Shown: positions 46,140 through 54,327 of the stretch, one piece after another
Position numbering within the stretch: the first letter of the stretch is position 1
How the letters are laid out: each line of letters begins with the position of its first letter
Virus record (IMG/VR): IMGVR_UViG_3300012943_000004
Location: 1 to 64,000 of that record
DNA: 64,000 nucleotides
Strand: one strand, 5' to 3'
Source of the DNA: a virus
Lineage: Duplodnaviria > Caudoviricetes
Translations under genes and position numbers: made by a program
The notes under the pieces: model-generated
The model's database searches: none
What the model saw: only the letters and a program-made list of their open reading frames with translations
Told to the model about the DNA's origin: nothing

Positions 46140-47098
46140 ATATCGTCTACGGTTACGTCAACATGCATGTCATAATTAGTATCTTATAAAATCGACTGTA
46201 TTTTCCCAATCCCTGGGTGACAGGATTAGCTAGTATACGGGACGTCTTTGGGGTCTTTAGAATGAGAGAACTTTGGCGAAAATATTCTGTGCACAGAAGA
46301 GTGGCTAAGTGTTGCGCGCGACCGGGGGGTCGGGATTTTATCTCAAACCGGACAGATCGCCCATCTCGGTCATTCGAGGGCATTTCGGACATGCAGCCGT
46401 AACGGGACAGACGTACTATCCGGCCCGATAATGCCCATTATCGGGCCGGATCGGGCCATCTTTGTGCAATCTCGGACAATTCGGACTTCGAACGCGCGTT
46501 CTAGTTCGCGCCACGCCACGCCACGGGATCATGTCGGACATGTCCGACTTTGTCCATCTTTGTCCTATAGTTTACGCAAAAGATATGATAAGATAACCAA
46601 CCGCGCGCGCCGATCGTTCGATGTCCGTTTCGTACCACTCTGTACTAGATGCCCGTTTTGCTATACATCGCACCTTTTTGTCACAGTTTACGGTAGTTCG
46701 GCTAGGTCGGGACTATTCGAACAACTATTCGAGAGACAAAACGGACTTTCCACCCATAACGGATTCGGACATTTCGCCACATAATTTCGGGGCAACTCGG
46801 ACATACCGGACTTCCCACACTAAACGGACTCGTACGTCTGTTCGAATAAAACCAAACCGTGTCCGTTTTGTCTCGAACTGTCCGTTTTGTCTTCGAACAC
46901 AATGTCACGGTTGCATAACATCGCGTGTCCGTTTTGCCCTACTTTGCACCAGTACGACATACAACGTCCCTCTTTGTACCGAGTTAGGCTGGTCGCGTGC
47001 GACCAACCGAATCCGTCCGAAAGAGCGCCTACGCGCGCGCCGATCTAACGCGCGCGCCGATCCACGAAAACGGACTTTCTACCCGAAAGGCACAAACC

Positions 47099-47395
47099 AT
47101 GACAACCGTCTCAACACCGACCCATGCGGACATTCTGTCCTACATGGGTCAGACCGTGACAATCCGTTACATGAAGACATATAACGGACTCGGCGCGACA
47201 CAACACACCGTAACGGGCTACATGACCAACTCGGACATTGACGACATCCCGTCTGTAATCGTCCTAGACAGCCCAAACGGGACTTGGTTGCCATTAGCGG
47301 CCATTCTCGACATCAAGCCCGAATCGGACATCTCGGACGGGCCTTCATGGTTCGATGGATGGTCCGACGACGGTTCGGTGTTCGTCGGCATCTAG
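47099..47395 (+). CDS. hypothetical protein
   Basis: ATG at 47099 with GAAAGG RBS; first ORF after the non-coding block. Confidence 0.75.
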   Translation: MTTVSTPTHADILSYMGQTVTIRYMKTYNGLGATQHTVTGYMTNSDIDDIPSVIVLDSPNGTWLPLAAILDIKPESDISDGPSWFDGWSDDGSVFVGI

Positions 47396-47500
47396 GTCGC
47401 GCGCGTGGCGCCGAACCCGCCAAAACGGACTTTCGGCGCCTAACGGACGATCTAGCCAAACCCGGCCAGAACGCCACAATCCACCTGAAAGGTGCGAATC

Positions 47501-48259
47501 ATGTCGGAACAGACAATCTCCCCGGAATCGACCGAATCGGCCGAATCGACCGAATCGACCGAAACCGCCCAGGTCGACCCAAAGGCCGCATGGGCGGCAT
47601 TCGTCGCAGACCTGCACAACATGGACATCTCGGACATCACCGACCGAATCACCGCGCGCTACGGCGACGCCGACCGATCCGGCAAGGCCCGAATCCGGGC
47701 ATCGGTGGCGGACCTACGGGACGCCGCCATCGAATCGGGTGACCTGATCCGGGCGATGGTCTACGTCAACCTGTCGAAAACCCTCAAGTCCGATTCGTCC
47801 AAGAAGTCCGAAATCGACCCGAACGTCTGGGTTGTCGCGAGAGTCGCAACCCTACGGTTGGCGGCCGACCTGTTGGAATCCGGGGCATACGGTCCAACAG
47901 CCGGAACCGTCACCGCGCAACCGTTGGACGAAAACGGACAGATCGTCCTTTCCGCCCAGATCATCGCAGACGCCACAATCATGGCATCCCAGGCAATCGT
48001 GACGAAGCGGGGCGATGTACCAGATTTCATCGCATTCGCCATGAACAACCTCGAAGCGGACGTTTGGCACAAAGTGTCCGCAATCGGGCGGATCGACCAG
48101 AACGGATATTCGCCATCATCTGGTGCAATCTCCGCATCCATCGCAACTCTCCGCGAATCCGGCAAACTGGACGAAATGGGACTTTCCTACACGGACAGCC
48201 CGAACGTCGCACTACGTCGCAACTCGGACGACACGGACAACGCGCCTGAATCGGACTAA
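47501..48259 (+). CDS. hypothetical protein, paralog of 54581-55531, C-terminal wHTH-like
   Basis: GAAAGG RBS; 9-bp (EST) repeats at the N-terminus; PSSGAISA motif shared with 54581-55531. Confidence 0.8.
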   Translation: MSEQTISPESTESAESTESTETAQVDPKAAWAAFVADLHNMDISDITDRITARYGDADRSGKARIRASVADLRDAAIESGDLIRAMVYVNLSKTLKSDSSKKSEIDPNVWVVARVATLRLAADLLESGAYGPTAGTVTAQPLDENGQIVLSAQIIADATIMASQAIVTKRGDVPDFIAFAMNNLEADVWHKVSAIGRIDQNGYSPSSGAISASIATLRESGKLDEMGLSYTDSPNVALRRNSDDTDNAPESD

Positions 48260-48276
48260 CCCGACACGCGACTACC

Positions 48277-48311
48277 CGAACCGCCTACCGTTCCCAACGG
48301 TAGGCGGTTCG
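48277..48311 (+). terminator. 16-bp perfect hairpin after the 47501 gene
   Basis: CGAACCGCCTACCGTT-ccc-AACGGTAGGCGGTTCG. Confidence 0.65.
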
Positions 48312-48721
48312 TCGCTTCCTATGCCACGTGGCACGCGCTAGGCGCCGATCTAACGGGCCAACAGCCATAGCGGGTACGCGGATACCCGCCACGGTAAAGA
48401 GGCCCGTAAAACGGCACCTAGCGCGTGCCACGTGGCGCGCCGCTAGCGGCGCGCGTCGCCCGATCCGGCCTAGCCGCAATCCAGACAAAACGGACTTTCC
48501 GGCCGTACCGTGACAAATCGGTACAAAACAGTCACATCCACCTTTCTAGCCCATTCAGGTCAAAACGGACAGTCGTTCGTAGACCTGAATGGGCTAGAAA
48601 GTGGGACGTTGGCGCAAAGTCGCCCTGTTCCACACAGGTTAGCCCTTGAGTCTGGCTAACCGAAATAAACCTGGGTCCACACGGATTCAGGTCCATTCTC
48701 GTTTTTAGGAGGCAATCTTTC

Positions 48722-48982
48722 ATGCCACGGTTCGAATACGAGGTGCAGGATCAGCTCGTTGGGATCTTGCAGTTCTACGCTCCCACAGGCGCCGAGCAGG
48801 CGCTCGTCTCGCAGATGGTCTGGGACATGTTCCAAGACATCGAAACTGGCGGCGACCGCCAGGTGGTTATCCGCAAGCTCGTCGGCGTTCTGCACGACGG
48901 TCTGCAGCACGGAAACTGGCCGTGGACACAGTACACGGTCACCGACCCCACCGACCCCGACCAGAACGACCCCGACGACTGA
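48722..48982 (+). CDS. hypothetical protein
   Basis: AGGAGG RBS; 86 aa. Confidence 0.75.
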   Translation: MPRFEYEVQDQLVGILQFYAPTGAEQALVSQMVWDMFQDIETGGDRQVVIRKLVGVLHDGLQHGNWPWTQYTVTDPTDPDQNDPDD

Positions 48983-48991
48983 ACCGATCTA

Positions 48992-49033
48992 GCCATAGCC
49001 CGCCAGGTTTGAAACAACCTGGCGGGCTACGGC
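48992..49033 (+). promoter_or_regulatory. conserved intergenic hairpin, copy 1 (CCATAG...GGTT-GAAA-AACC...CTACGG)
   Basis: ~19-bp stem; recurs at 49640 and 51045. Confidence 0.75.
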
Positions 49034-49079
49034 TGTATCGTATACAGTCGGAACCAACCGAGCTTTAGGAGGCTCCAGA

Positions 49080-49418
49080 ATGGCAGAATTCGAGGTGTTG
49101 CGCGAGGTATGGCGCATCACAGAGTACCGTAACGGCGATGTCTACCGTACTGAGTACGTCGAGGACAGATGGTCCGACAGCGGCGTCTTCGGTAGGCCGG
49201 ACGACGACGACCAGGATCTGATCTGGGTTACCAAGTCCGACCCCAACGTGCAGGTCATTCGCAGGAAGGTCGACCCGACAACAGTCCTAGTCGACTGTGG
49301 TGGCGACTTCACCTGGGTCAATCACCTTCGAGAGCGGGATGGCACGCAGGGCAACTGCTATCGGTGCGGCGAGATCGTCCTGTGGGACACCGATGAGCGC
49401 GCCTGGGATCACTCATGA
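49080..49418 (+). CDS. hypothetical protein
   Basis: AGGAGG RBS; C-terminal CYRC. Confidence 0.75.
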   Translation: MAEFEVLREVWRITEYRNGDVYRTEYVEDRWSDSGVFGRPDDDDQDLIWVTKSDPNVQVIRRKVDPTTVLVDCGGDFTWVNHLRERDGTQGNCYRCGEIVLWDTDERAWDHS

Positions 49419-49633
49419 GCAGGCGCCCTGCACGTCCGCACAGGAAACTGACCACCGACCAGGCGATCATGTTGCATCGTTCTGCGGTCGCGGCTAACGA
49501 ACGGAAGCGTGACTTTGTCGGCCGTGAGTGGCCGTACGAAGAAGAGCTGATGTTCCGTGCCGAGGACGGCGACCAGGCTGCCCTCGAGTACATGGAAGAG
49601 CACCTGGCTCCCTGGATGACACCTGCCAGCTAG
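49415..49633 (+). CDS. hypothetical protein
   Basis: ATGA coupling; 72 aa. Confidence 0.65.
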   Translation: MSRRPARPHRKLTTDQAIMLHRSAVAANERKRDFVGREWPYEEELMFRAEDGDQAALEYMEEHLAPWMTPAS

Positions 49634-49639
49634 CTCCCG

Positions 49640-49679
49640 CCATAGTCTGTCGGGTTAGAAATAACCTGGCAGGCTATGG
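49640..49679 (+). promoter_or_regulatory. conserved intergenic hairpin, copy 2
   Basis: CCATAGTCTGTCGGGTTA-GAAA-TAACCTGGCAGGCTATGG; differences from copy 1 are mostly G.U-compatible. Confidence 0.75.
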
Positions 49680-49727
49680 GTGCGCTATCTGTTCACCCAT
49701 TCGAATCAAGAGCTATAGGAGGCTCGC

Positions 49728-49940
49728 ATGAAGATCCGAAAGGTCACCTTCAGTACGCCGTTCGGCGAGAAAACGGAAAAGATCCGCGTTCTCTCGCACA
49801 ACGAGAGTATGCCGCCAGGATACTGGCGGGAGTTCGGTATCGTCCGAGGCGACTGCGGCTACGGCTGCAAGGTCTATCGTCGCTTCGACACAGGCTCCCT
49901 CATCGTGTGCCACAACTCCAGCTACGGCTGCAGCGCATGA
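49728..49940 (+). CDS. hypothetical protein
   Basis: AGGAGG RBS; 70 aa. Confidence 0.7.
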   Translation: MKIRKVTFSTPFGEKTEKIRVLSHNESMPPGYWREFGIVRGDCGYGCKVYRRFDTGSLIVCHNSSYGCSA

Positions 49941-50278
49941 CACACTACTCGATCCTTCTCGACGAGATTTCTCGCGGGGAATATGACCTCGACCTCGACC
50001 GCATCGAAGAGATGATCCGGTCCCGCAAGAAGGCCTTGGCGTATGACGCCACAGCCCGACTCGAGATTGGCGACACGTTCGTTGTCAAGAACTGCTCCCC
50101 GAAATATTGGGAGGGAGTCCGGGTCAAGTTCGTCATGCATGACGGCGCCTGGCTCGTGTGCCTGGTTGACAGCTGGTACACGGTCAATGGAAAGTACAAG
50201 AAGGGCGACCGCGTGAGGTTCCGCCCGGAGCACGTGTCAGAGATCGTCAAGTTCGCAGATCAGCCGGAGCCGAGATGA
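49937..50278 (+). CDS. hypothetical protein (SH3-like C-half)
   Basis: ATGA overlap at 49937; LEIGDTFVVKN...V.VKFV. Confidence 0.7.
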   Translation: MTHYSILLDEISRGEYDLDLDRIEEMIRSRKKALAYDATARLEIGDTFVVKNCSPKYWEGVRVKFVMHDGAWLVCLVDSWYTVNGKYKKGDRVRFRPEHVSEIVKFADQPEPR

Positions 50279-50385
50279 TCGGCTGGCTGTTCTTCATCGT
50301 TCTTTCGGTATGGCTCCCTGTGGCCGTACTTCACGTCCGTTGGTCACTCAACGGCACCTACCAGAAATGGGGTAAGAAGTCATGA
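50275..50385 (+). CDS. small single-TM protein (36 aa)
   Basis: MIGWLFFIVLSVWLPVAVL...; ATGA coupling at both ends. Confidence 0.55.
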   Translation: MIGWLFFIVLSVWLPVAVLHVRWSLNGTYQKWGKKS

Positions 50386-50798
50386 AGGTCCGTCTGACTC
50401 CGTTCACCAAGACGAGCTGTTCGGTTCCGATCTGCTCGTCCGTCGCATTGTGGAGGTTGACTTCTGGCGCGACTGACGTCGCGCGCCTCGATGCCTGTCT
50501 CTGCAGTCGACACGCCGACGAGATCTATCACTGGAACAAAAAACAAGTCGAGCGAGCCAGGATCCAGCTCGAGCGAGACAGGCTGCTAGCAAACAGCACG
50601 CACCAGGTGCTCTGGAACGGCAAACTGATCACGAACCTGTACATGTCCGAGGATGCAGCTGTCGGCTACGCTCAGGGTTTCATGCAGGCGCTCTTCGAGA
50701 CCCTCGATCCCGACGCGAGTGGCTATCCGAACATCGAGCTGATCGACATCAAAGACGAGGCGTCGATCGCCTACATGGATGTCGAGCTCATGCCATGA
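50382..50798 (+). CDS. hypothetical protein
   Basis: 138 aa; Cys/His motifs; coupled. Confidence 0.65.
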   Translation: MKVRLTPFTKTSCSVPICSSVALWRLTSGATDVARLDACLCSRHADEIYHWNKKQVERARIQLERDRLLANSTHQVLWNGKLITNLYMSEDAAVGYAQGFMQALFETLDPDASGYPNIELIDIKDEASIAYMDVELMP

Positions 50799-51034
50799 TC
50801 AGCTCTCGGGAAGTCATGGTCGGCGTGCCGACTGTCGCCGTGCCGGAAGGTGGAACCTATTCCGACACAGACGGCACGAAGCTCGCCACCTGCGAACAAT
50901 GCGGAGTTGAGATCAAACTCTGCCACTTCGAATGGCGGCATCAGCTGACCGGAGTCCGGCGCTGTTCAGAGCGAAACAAGATCCACCGTCGCGCGGTGAT
51001 GATCGTTCAAGAATCCAACCTGACCGCGATCTGA
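50795..51034 (+). CDS. hypothetical protein
   Basis: 79 aa; CEQC..CH. Confidence 0.6.
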   Translation: MISSREVMVGVPTVAVPEGGTYSDTDGTKLATCEQCGVEIKLCHFEWRHQLTGVRRCSERNKIHRRAVMIVQESNLTAI

Positions 51035-51044
51035 TCAAGACTCA

Positions 51045-51085
51045 CCATAGTCTGGCAGGTTTGAAAAAAACCTGCCAGTCTACGG
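51045..51085 (+). promoter_or_regulatory. conserved intergenic hairpin, copy 3
   Basis: CCATAGTCTGGCAGGTTT-GAAAA-AAACCTGCCAGTCTACGG; compensatory C-G to G-C swap relative to copy 1. Confidence 0.75.
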
Positions 51086-51126
51086 GTATCTTGCCCGGAA
51101 TCAACAAGAGCTGGGAGGCTCAAAAG

Positions 51127-51642
51127 ATGAAGAGGATTGTTCGTCTCAACGATAGGTACCTCTGCGAGAGTACCTCCGAGACCTGCACCAGTCGACCTGA
51201 CCATGTGGCGAGTTACCTTCTGCTCGCGCCTCGCGCGCACTACGTCTGCAAGGACGGCTTCGTGGAGTTCTTCCTGTCCGTCAACCAGACCATCGCTATG
51301 CAGATCGGCTCGTTCCGCGACTACAGCAACGATCGAGGCGAGTACGTCAGGCCTCGTGAGTCCAACGTCAGGCCCGACGCCGACGCGCAGAAGTGTTCCT
51401 GCGGGACTGAGATCGTCGTCTGGCAGAAGTCGGAGGACGATCACTACGTCTGGGCCGTGCATCAAGGCGGAACCCGCAGCAACGTCGGGTTCTGTCCAGA
51501 GGTCAACGGCCTGCGCGCCGCCAAGAAGATGGCCGGAGCGTACCTGACTACGTTCGTCTGTCAGTGGCAAGGCAGAAACTACAGCACCATCACAGGCAAG
51601 CTGGTGTCGCTCGTGGACGGCGCCTGGCGGGAGGTAGCATGA
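51127..51642 (+). CDS. hypothetical protein
   Basis: ATG at 51127 with GGGAGG RBS (shorter than the ORF-track start). Confidence 0.65.
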   Translation: MKRIVRLNDRYLCESTSETCTSRPDHVASYLLLAPRAHYVCKDGFVEFFLSVNQTIAMQIGSFRDYSNDRGEYVRPRESNVRPDADAQKCSCGTEIVVWQKSEDDHYVWAVHQGGTRSNVGFCPEVNGLRAAKKMAGAYLTTFVCQWQGRNYSTITGKLVSLVDGAWREVA

Positions 51643-52325
51643 CCGTTCAGACCGTATCGACTCGAGCCAGGACTTGGCTGGTCGAGCACTCGGGAAGTTC
51701 CCTGTTCGCGGGAATGACGACAGCTGAGCTGATTCCCTGGATGGACACTCTCTATCCGACTGGATGGGCTGGCTTCAGTGAGATCTGGGGTCCGACGATC
51801 AAGAAGGAAGTCGACCTGACTCCAACACAGCCACAGCTCAAGTCGGAACTGAAGAGAAAACTCGGTGCGCGACTCGGGTCGTTGCCGCACTACTCGGAGA
51901 TCCTTCAGTTGGAAATCCAGGAGAATTCAGTCAAACTCCAGGTCGCGCACTACTCGGTGACTGAGCTCCTGACTCGAACGAAGTACAAGTCTCGGACTAT
52001 CGAGCTGTTGAGCTTCGTCAGAAAGAACCAGGGATCTAACTGGCACTGTGAGTTCTCGGAGGAGGTTCTTGACAGGAACTTCGTGTCGTACGATACAGTC
52101 AACAACAGAGATTCGGTCATGACCGAAGAGCGTCTTGCCGACAAAAATTGGCAAGAGGACAACTGCTACCGTCCTGGCACGAGTCAATCTCCCCAGGACG
52201 GGCCGCTCAGAAGACTCGATGCGTGCCGCGAAGACTTCCCGCTGGACTTCAACAAGCCTGGGGGAGACCCGTTCTCGTCCAGCCACCGCAGGCGGCACCT
52301 CAATCAGCGATTCCCAACCCGGTAA
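51639..52325 (+). CDS. hypothetical protein
   Basis: ATGA overlap at 51639; GGAGG RBS. Confidence 0.6.
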   Translation: MTVQTVSTRARTWLVEHSGSSLFAGMTTAELIPWMDTLYPTGWAGFSEIWGPTIKKEVDLTPTQPQLKSELKRKLGARLGSLPHYSEILQLEIQENSVKLQVAHYSVTELLTRTKYKSRTIELLSFVRKNQGSNWHCEFSEEVLDRNFVSYDTVNNRDSVMTEERLADKNWQEDNCYRPGTSQSPQDGPLRRLDACREDFPLDFNKPGGDPFSSSHRRRHLNQRFPTR

Positions 52326-52337
52326 GGAGCTAGTCAG

Positions 52338-52571
52338 ATGATTCGTTCAGAATACTCGACGTACACCAACGGAGAACGTATCCATCATGGAGATTCTCTC
52401 GAGGAGGCAGTTCGCATCTGGAACGACCAGACTCACGGTATGCCTGCGCCAGCAGGTGGAGTCAAGGTCGAGAGCTTCAACACTGAGCCTGGTGTCCTGG
52501 TGCGCGTTGACTGGATTCTTTACGTCCGAAAGAACGGCTCGGTCTACCTGAACCCCGGAATCAAGTCCTAA
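52338..52571 (+). CDS. hypothetical protein
   Basis: AAGGAG RBS. Confidence 0.7.
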   Translation: MIRSEYSTYTNGERIHHGDSLEEAVRIWNDQTHGMPAPAGGVKVESFNTEPGVLVRVDWILYVRKNGSVYLNPGIKS

Positions 52572-52584
52572 GGAGGCAAGTCTC

Positions 52585-52740
52585 ATGCCAGAACGGTGTC
52601 CAGTCTGTGGCGAGTACTCTGACTACTGTCAGGGTCATGGCGAGATCGATGATCCGATCGGTCACGCAGTCATGCTCAAGCACGATCAGGGAGATCACTC
52701 TGAGTGTGCATTCCCGAAAGAAATCTGCGAGGAAGGTTAA
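52585..52740 (+). CDS. small Cys/His-rich protein (51 aa)
   Basis: AAGGAGG RBS; MPERCPVCGEYSDYCQGHG...; below the ORF-track cutoff. Confidence 0.65.
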   Translation: MPERCPVCGEYSDYCQGHGEIDDPIGHAVMLKHDQGDHSECAFPKEICEEG

Positions 52741-52743
52741 GTC

Positions 52744-53109
52744 ATGGCAATATTCAGGCTAGTAATCGAGGTCAAGGCAGACAATTCGGATCAGGCTATG
52801 AGTCGAGTTAAGCGCGAATGCGTGAAGATCATCAGTACGGTCGAAGTCAGGCCACCGCTCACTCTCGTTAGATTCTTCAACGATGTTCACAAGGATCTTT
52901 CTGAGCCTTCTGTATGGCGACTCGGACAGCGTTACTTCAACACGCTGTATAGGCTGCGTCCTGACTTCGCCAACAAGATCCGTAGCACCGAGGCCGATTG
53001 TTTCTTTGACGACCGAAAGATCGGCGCGTTTATCACCAAGCTTCAGCTCCTGATCGCTGCGGAGAGGGACGAAAGTGCGACGTTGGCGCAAAGGCCACCT
53101 TCGGACTGA
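52744..53109 (+). CDS. hypothetical protein
   Basis: 121 aa; RLGQRYFNTL...RP...IRSTEADCFF pattern of small phage proteins. Confidence 0.7.
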   Translation: MAIFRLVIEVKADNSDQAMSRVKRECVKIISTVEVRPPLTLVRFFNDVHKDLSEPSVWRLGQRYFNTLYRLRPDFANKIRSTEADCFFDDRKIGAFITKLQLLIAAERDESATLAQRPPSD

Positions 53110-53126
53110 ACGTAGCCGCAAGAGCA

Positions 53127-53199
53127 GTCCGCGTAGCCCAACGGCAGAGGCGGCTCCCTTAAAAGGAGTTCAGTGCGAGTTCGAATCTCGTCGCGGACA
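53127..53199 (+). tRNA. tRNA-Leu(UAA), short variable loop, CCA not encoded
   Basis: Acceptor GTCCGCG/CGCGGAC plus A; D-arm TAGCCCAACGGCAGAGGC; anticodon stem GCTCC/GGAGT with loop CT-TAA-AA; T-arm GCGAG-TTCGAAT-CTCGT. Confidence 0.92.
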
Positions 53200-53249
53200 C
53201 GTAGGAAAAGTCGATCCTACCCTTAAGTCTCCCGAAAGGAGATAATTCC

Positions 53250-53885
53250 ATGTCCAACTTTCTTGCTGAAGAAGGCTACAAGCTGAGTGACCTGGCTGTG
53301 CCCTCCAAGAAGCTTCTCTCCGCAGTCTTTGTGGAGCAGATCCATACCTGCTCGACAGAGCCCGCTCTTCATGTCGGGAGCTACGGAAACTCTGTGAATC
53401 TGCCTCTTCCGGCACTGGAAAGGGAGCGCATCGCAAAGTGGGTCGAGCTTCTTCGGACGCCAGGCCTCAAGCAGACTCGCTGGAACCTGACCGACATCGG
53501 TCCCCACTTAGGCAAGACGCTGAACTCTGCACTCAGGGAGGCCACGGTCGAGAACACGAAGAACTGTTGCCTTGGGGTTGCCTGCTTCGCAGCTAAGGGC
53601 GACCTCAGGCTCAAGCTGATGACCTTCGACAGCAAGCCGAGCTTCGTCCATCTCGACAGGCACTTCGTGGAAGTAAGTCGCTCGGCAGCCATCCTTCCGT
53701 CCAGCGTAGCTCAGTACTATGGGTTCGGCTTCAATGCCGCGCCGCCAGTCTTCGTCACGAAAGATCTGAAGTACTTCGCCAACCTCACGACGCTCAACGA
53801 CTCCGTGAGGCTCTCCTTCCGCCAGATCGCCACTCTGGTCGAGTTCACGTACCTGAAGGACCACAGCGAGGCTTGGGCGGCATGA
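53250..53885 (+). CDS. conserved phage hypothetical protein
   Basis: WVELLR.PG.KQ ... CCLGVAC ... LND...SF.QIA..VE pattern. Confidence 0.75.
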   Translation: MSNFLAEEGYKLSDLAVPSKKLLSAVFVEQIHTCSTEPALHVGSYGNSVNLPLPALERERIAKWVELLRTPGLKQTRWNLTDIGPHLGKTLNSALREATVENTKNCCLGVACFAAKGDLRLKLMTFDSKPSFVHLDRHFVEVSRSAAILPSSVAQYYGFGFNAAPPVFVTKDLKYFANLTTLNDSVRLSFRQIATLVEFTYLKDHSEAWAA

Positions 53886-54007
53886 CAGGCTTTCTGTGGG
53901 GCCTGTTGATCGGCGTTCTGTGCTTCTTCTGCCTCATGGTCGCACACGAGAACTCAAAGCTCGGCCAGGTCGAGTACTACAACCCTTCAGTCGAGCAAGT
54001 CAAATAA
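53882..54007 (+). CDS. small single-TM protein (41 aa)
   Basis: ATGA coupling; MTGFLWGLLIGVLCFFCLMV. Confidence 0.55.
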   Translation: MTGFLWGLLIGVLCFFCLMVAHENSKLGQVEYYNPSVEQVK

Positions 54008-54079
54008 ATCGGGGCCAAAAAGAATTCTGCGGTTTTCAAAAGAATTCTTGGAAATATACCATATAACCTCGCAAGGTCA

Positions 54080-54088
54080 TGGTATAAT
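54080..54088 (+). promoter_or_regulatory. extended -10 promoter element TGGTATAAT
   Basis: TG-n-TATAAT in an AT-rich gap 60 nt upstream of ATG 54148. Confidence 0.55.
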
Positions 54089-54147
54089 CGAAGTATCGCG
54101 GGCGAGGTTTGCCCTTTTTCAGAAGTCCCAGACAGACTGGAGAAACT

Positions 54148-54327
54148 ATGTCAGCATTCTCAGGCAAGCATATGAAGGGCGCAAAGGCCCTCCATAAGGC
54201 TCAGAAGCGTGTCGCTGCGAAGGCTCGCGACGAGGCGCTTCCACAAGACTCGCCCCGAAGGAAGCGTAATCACGCTCTTGCGACGCCAGAGAGCGCGACA
54301 CCTTCCCACAAGATCAACTCCATCTAG
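54148..54327 (+). CDS. small basic protein
   Basis: GGAG RBS before ATG 54148; Lys/Arg-rich. Confidence 0.5.
   Translation: MSAFSGKHMKGAKALHKAQKRVAAKARDEALPQDSPRRKRNHALATPESATPSHKINSI

Larger units (their letters stand above)
46737..48570. repeat. dispersed (C/G)AAAACGGAC motif, at least 9 copies in both orientations
   Basis: + at 46737, 47066, 47421, 47930, 48486, 48561; - at 46861, 46880, 46927; several followed by TTT. Confidence 0.85.

Noticed and set aside
45750-47184. ORF-track ORFs in the non-coding block (45750, 45780, 46153, 46217, 46431, 46621, 46702)
   Set aside because: No RBS, Arg/Ser-rich translations dictated by the repeats, and mutually overlapping frames
48992-51085. The three hairpins as a degenerate CRISPR mini-array or as sigmaA promoters (TTGAAA as -35)
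   Set aside because: Copies are 650-1400 bp apart with genes between them, and no -10 hexamer sits at a consistent 17-18 bp spacing
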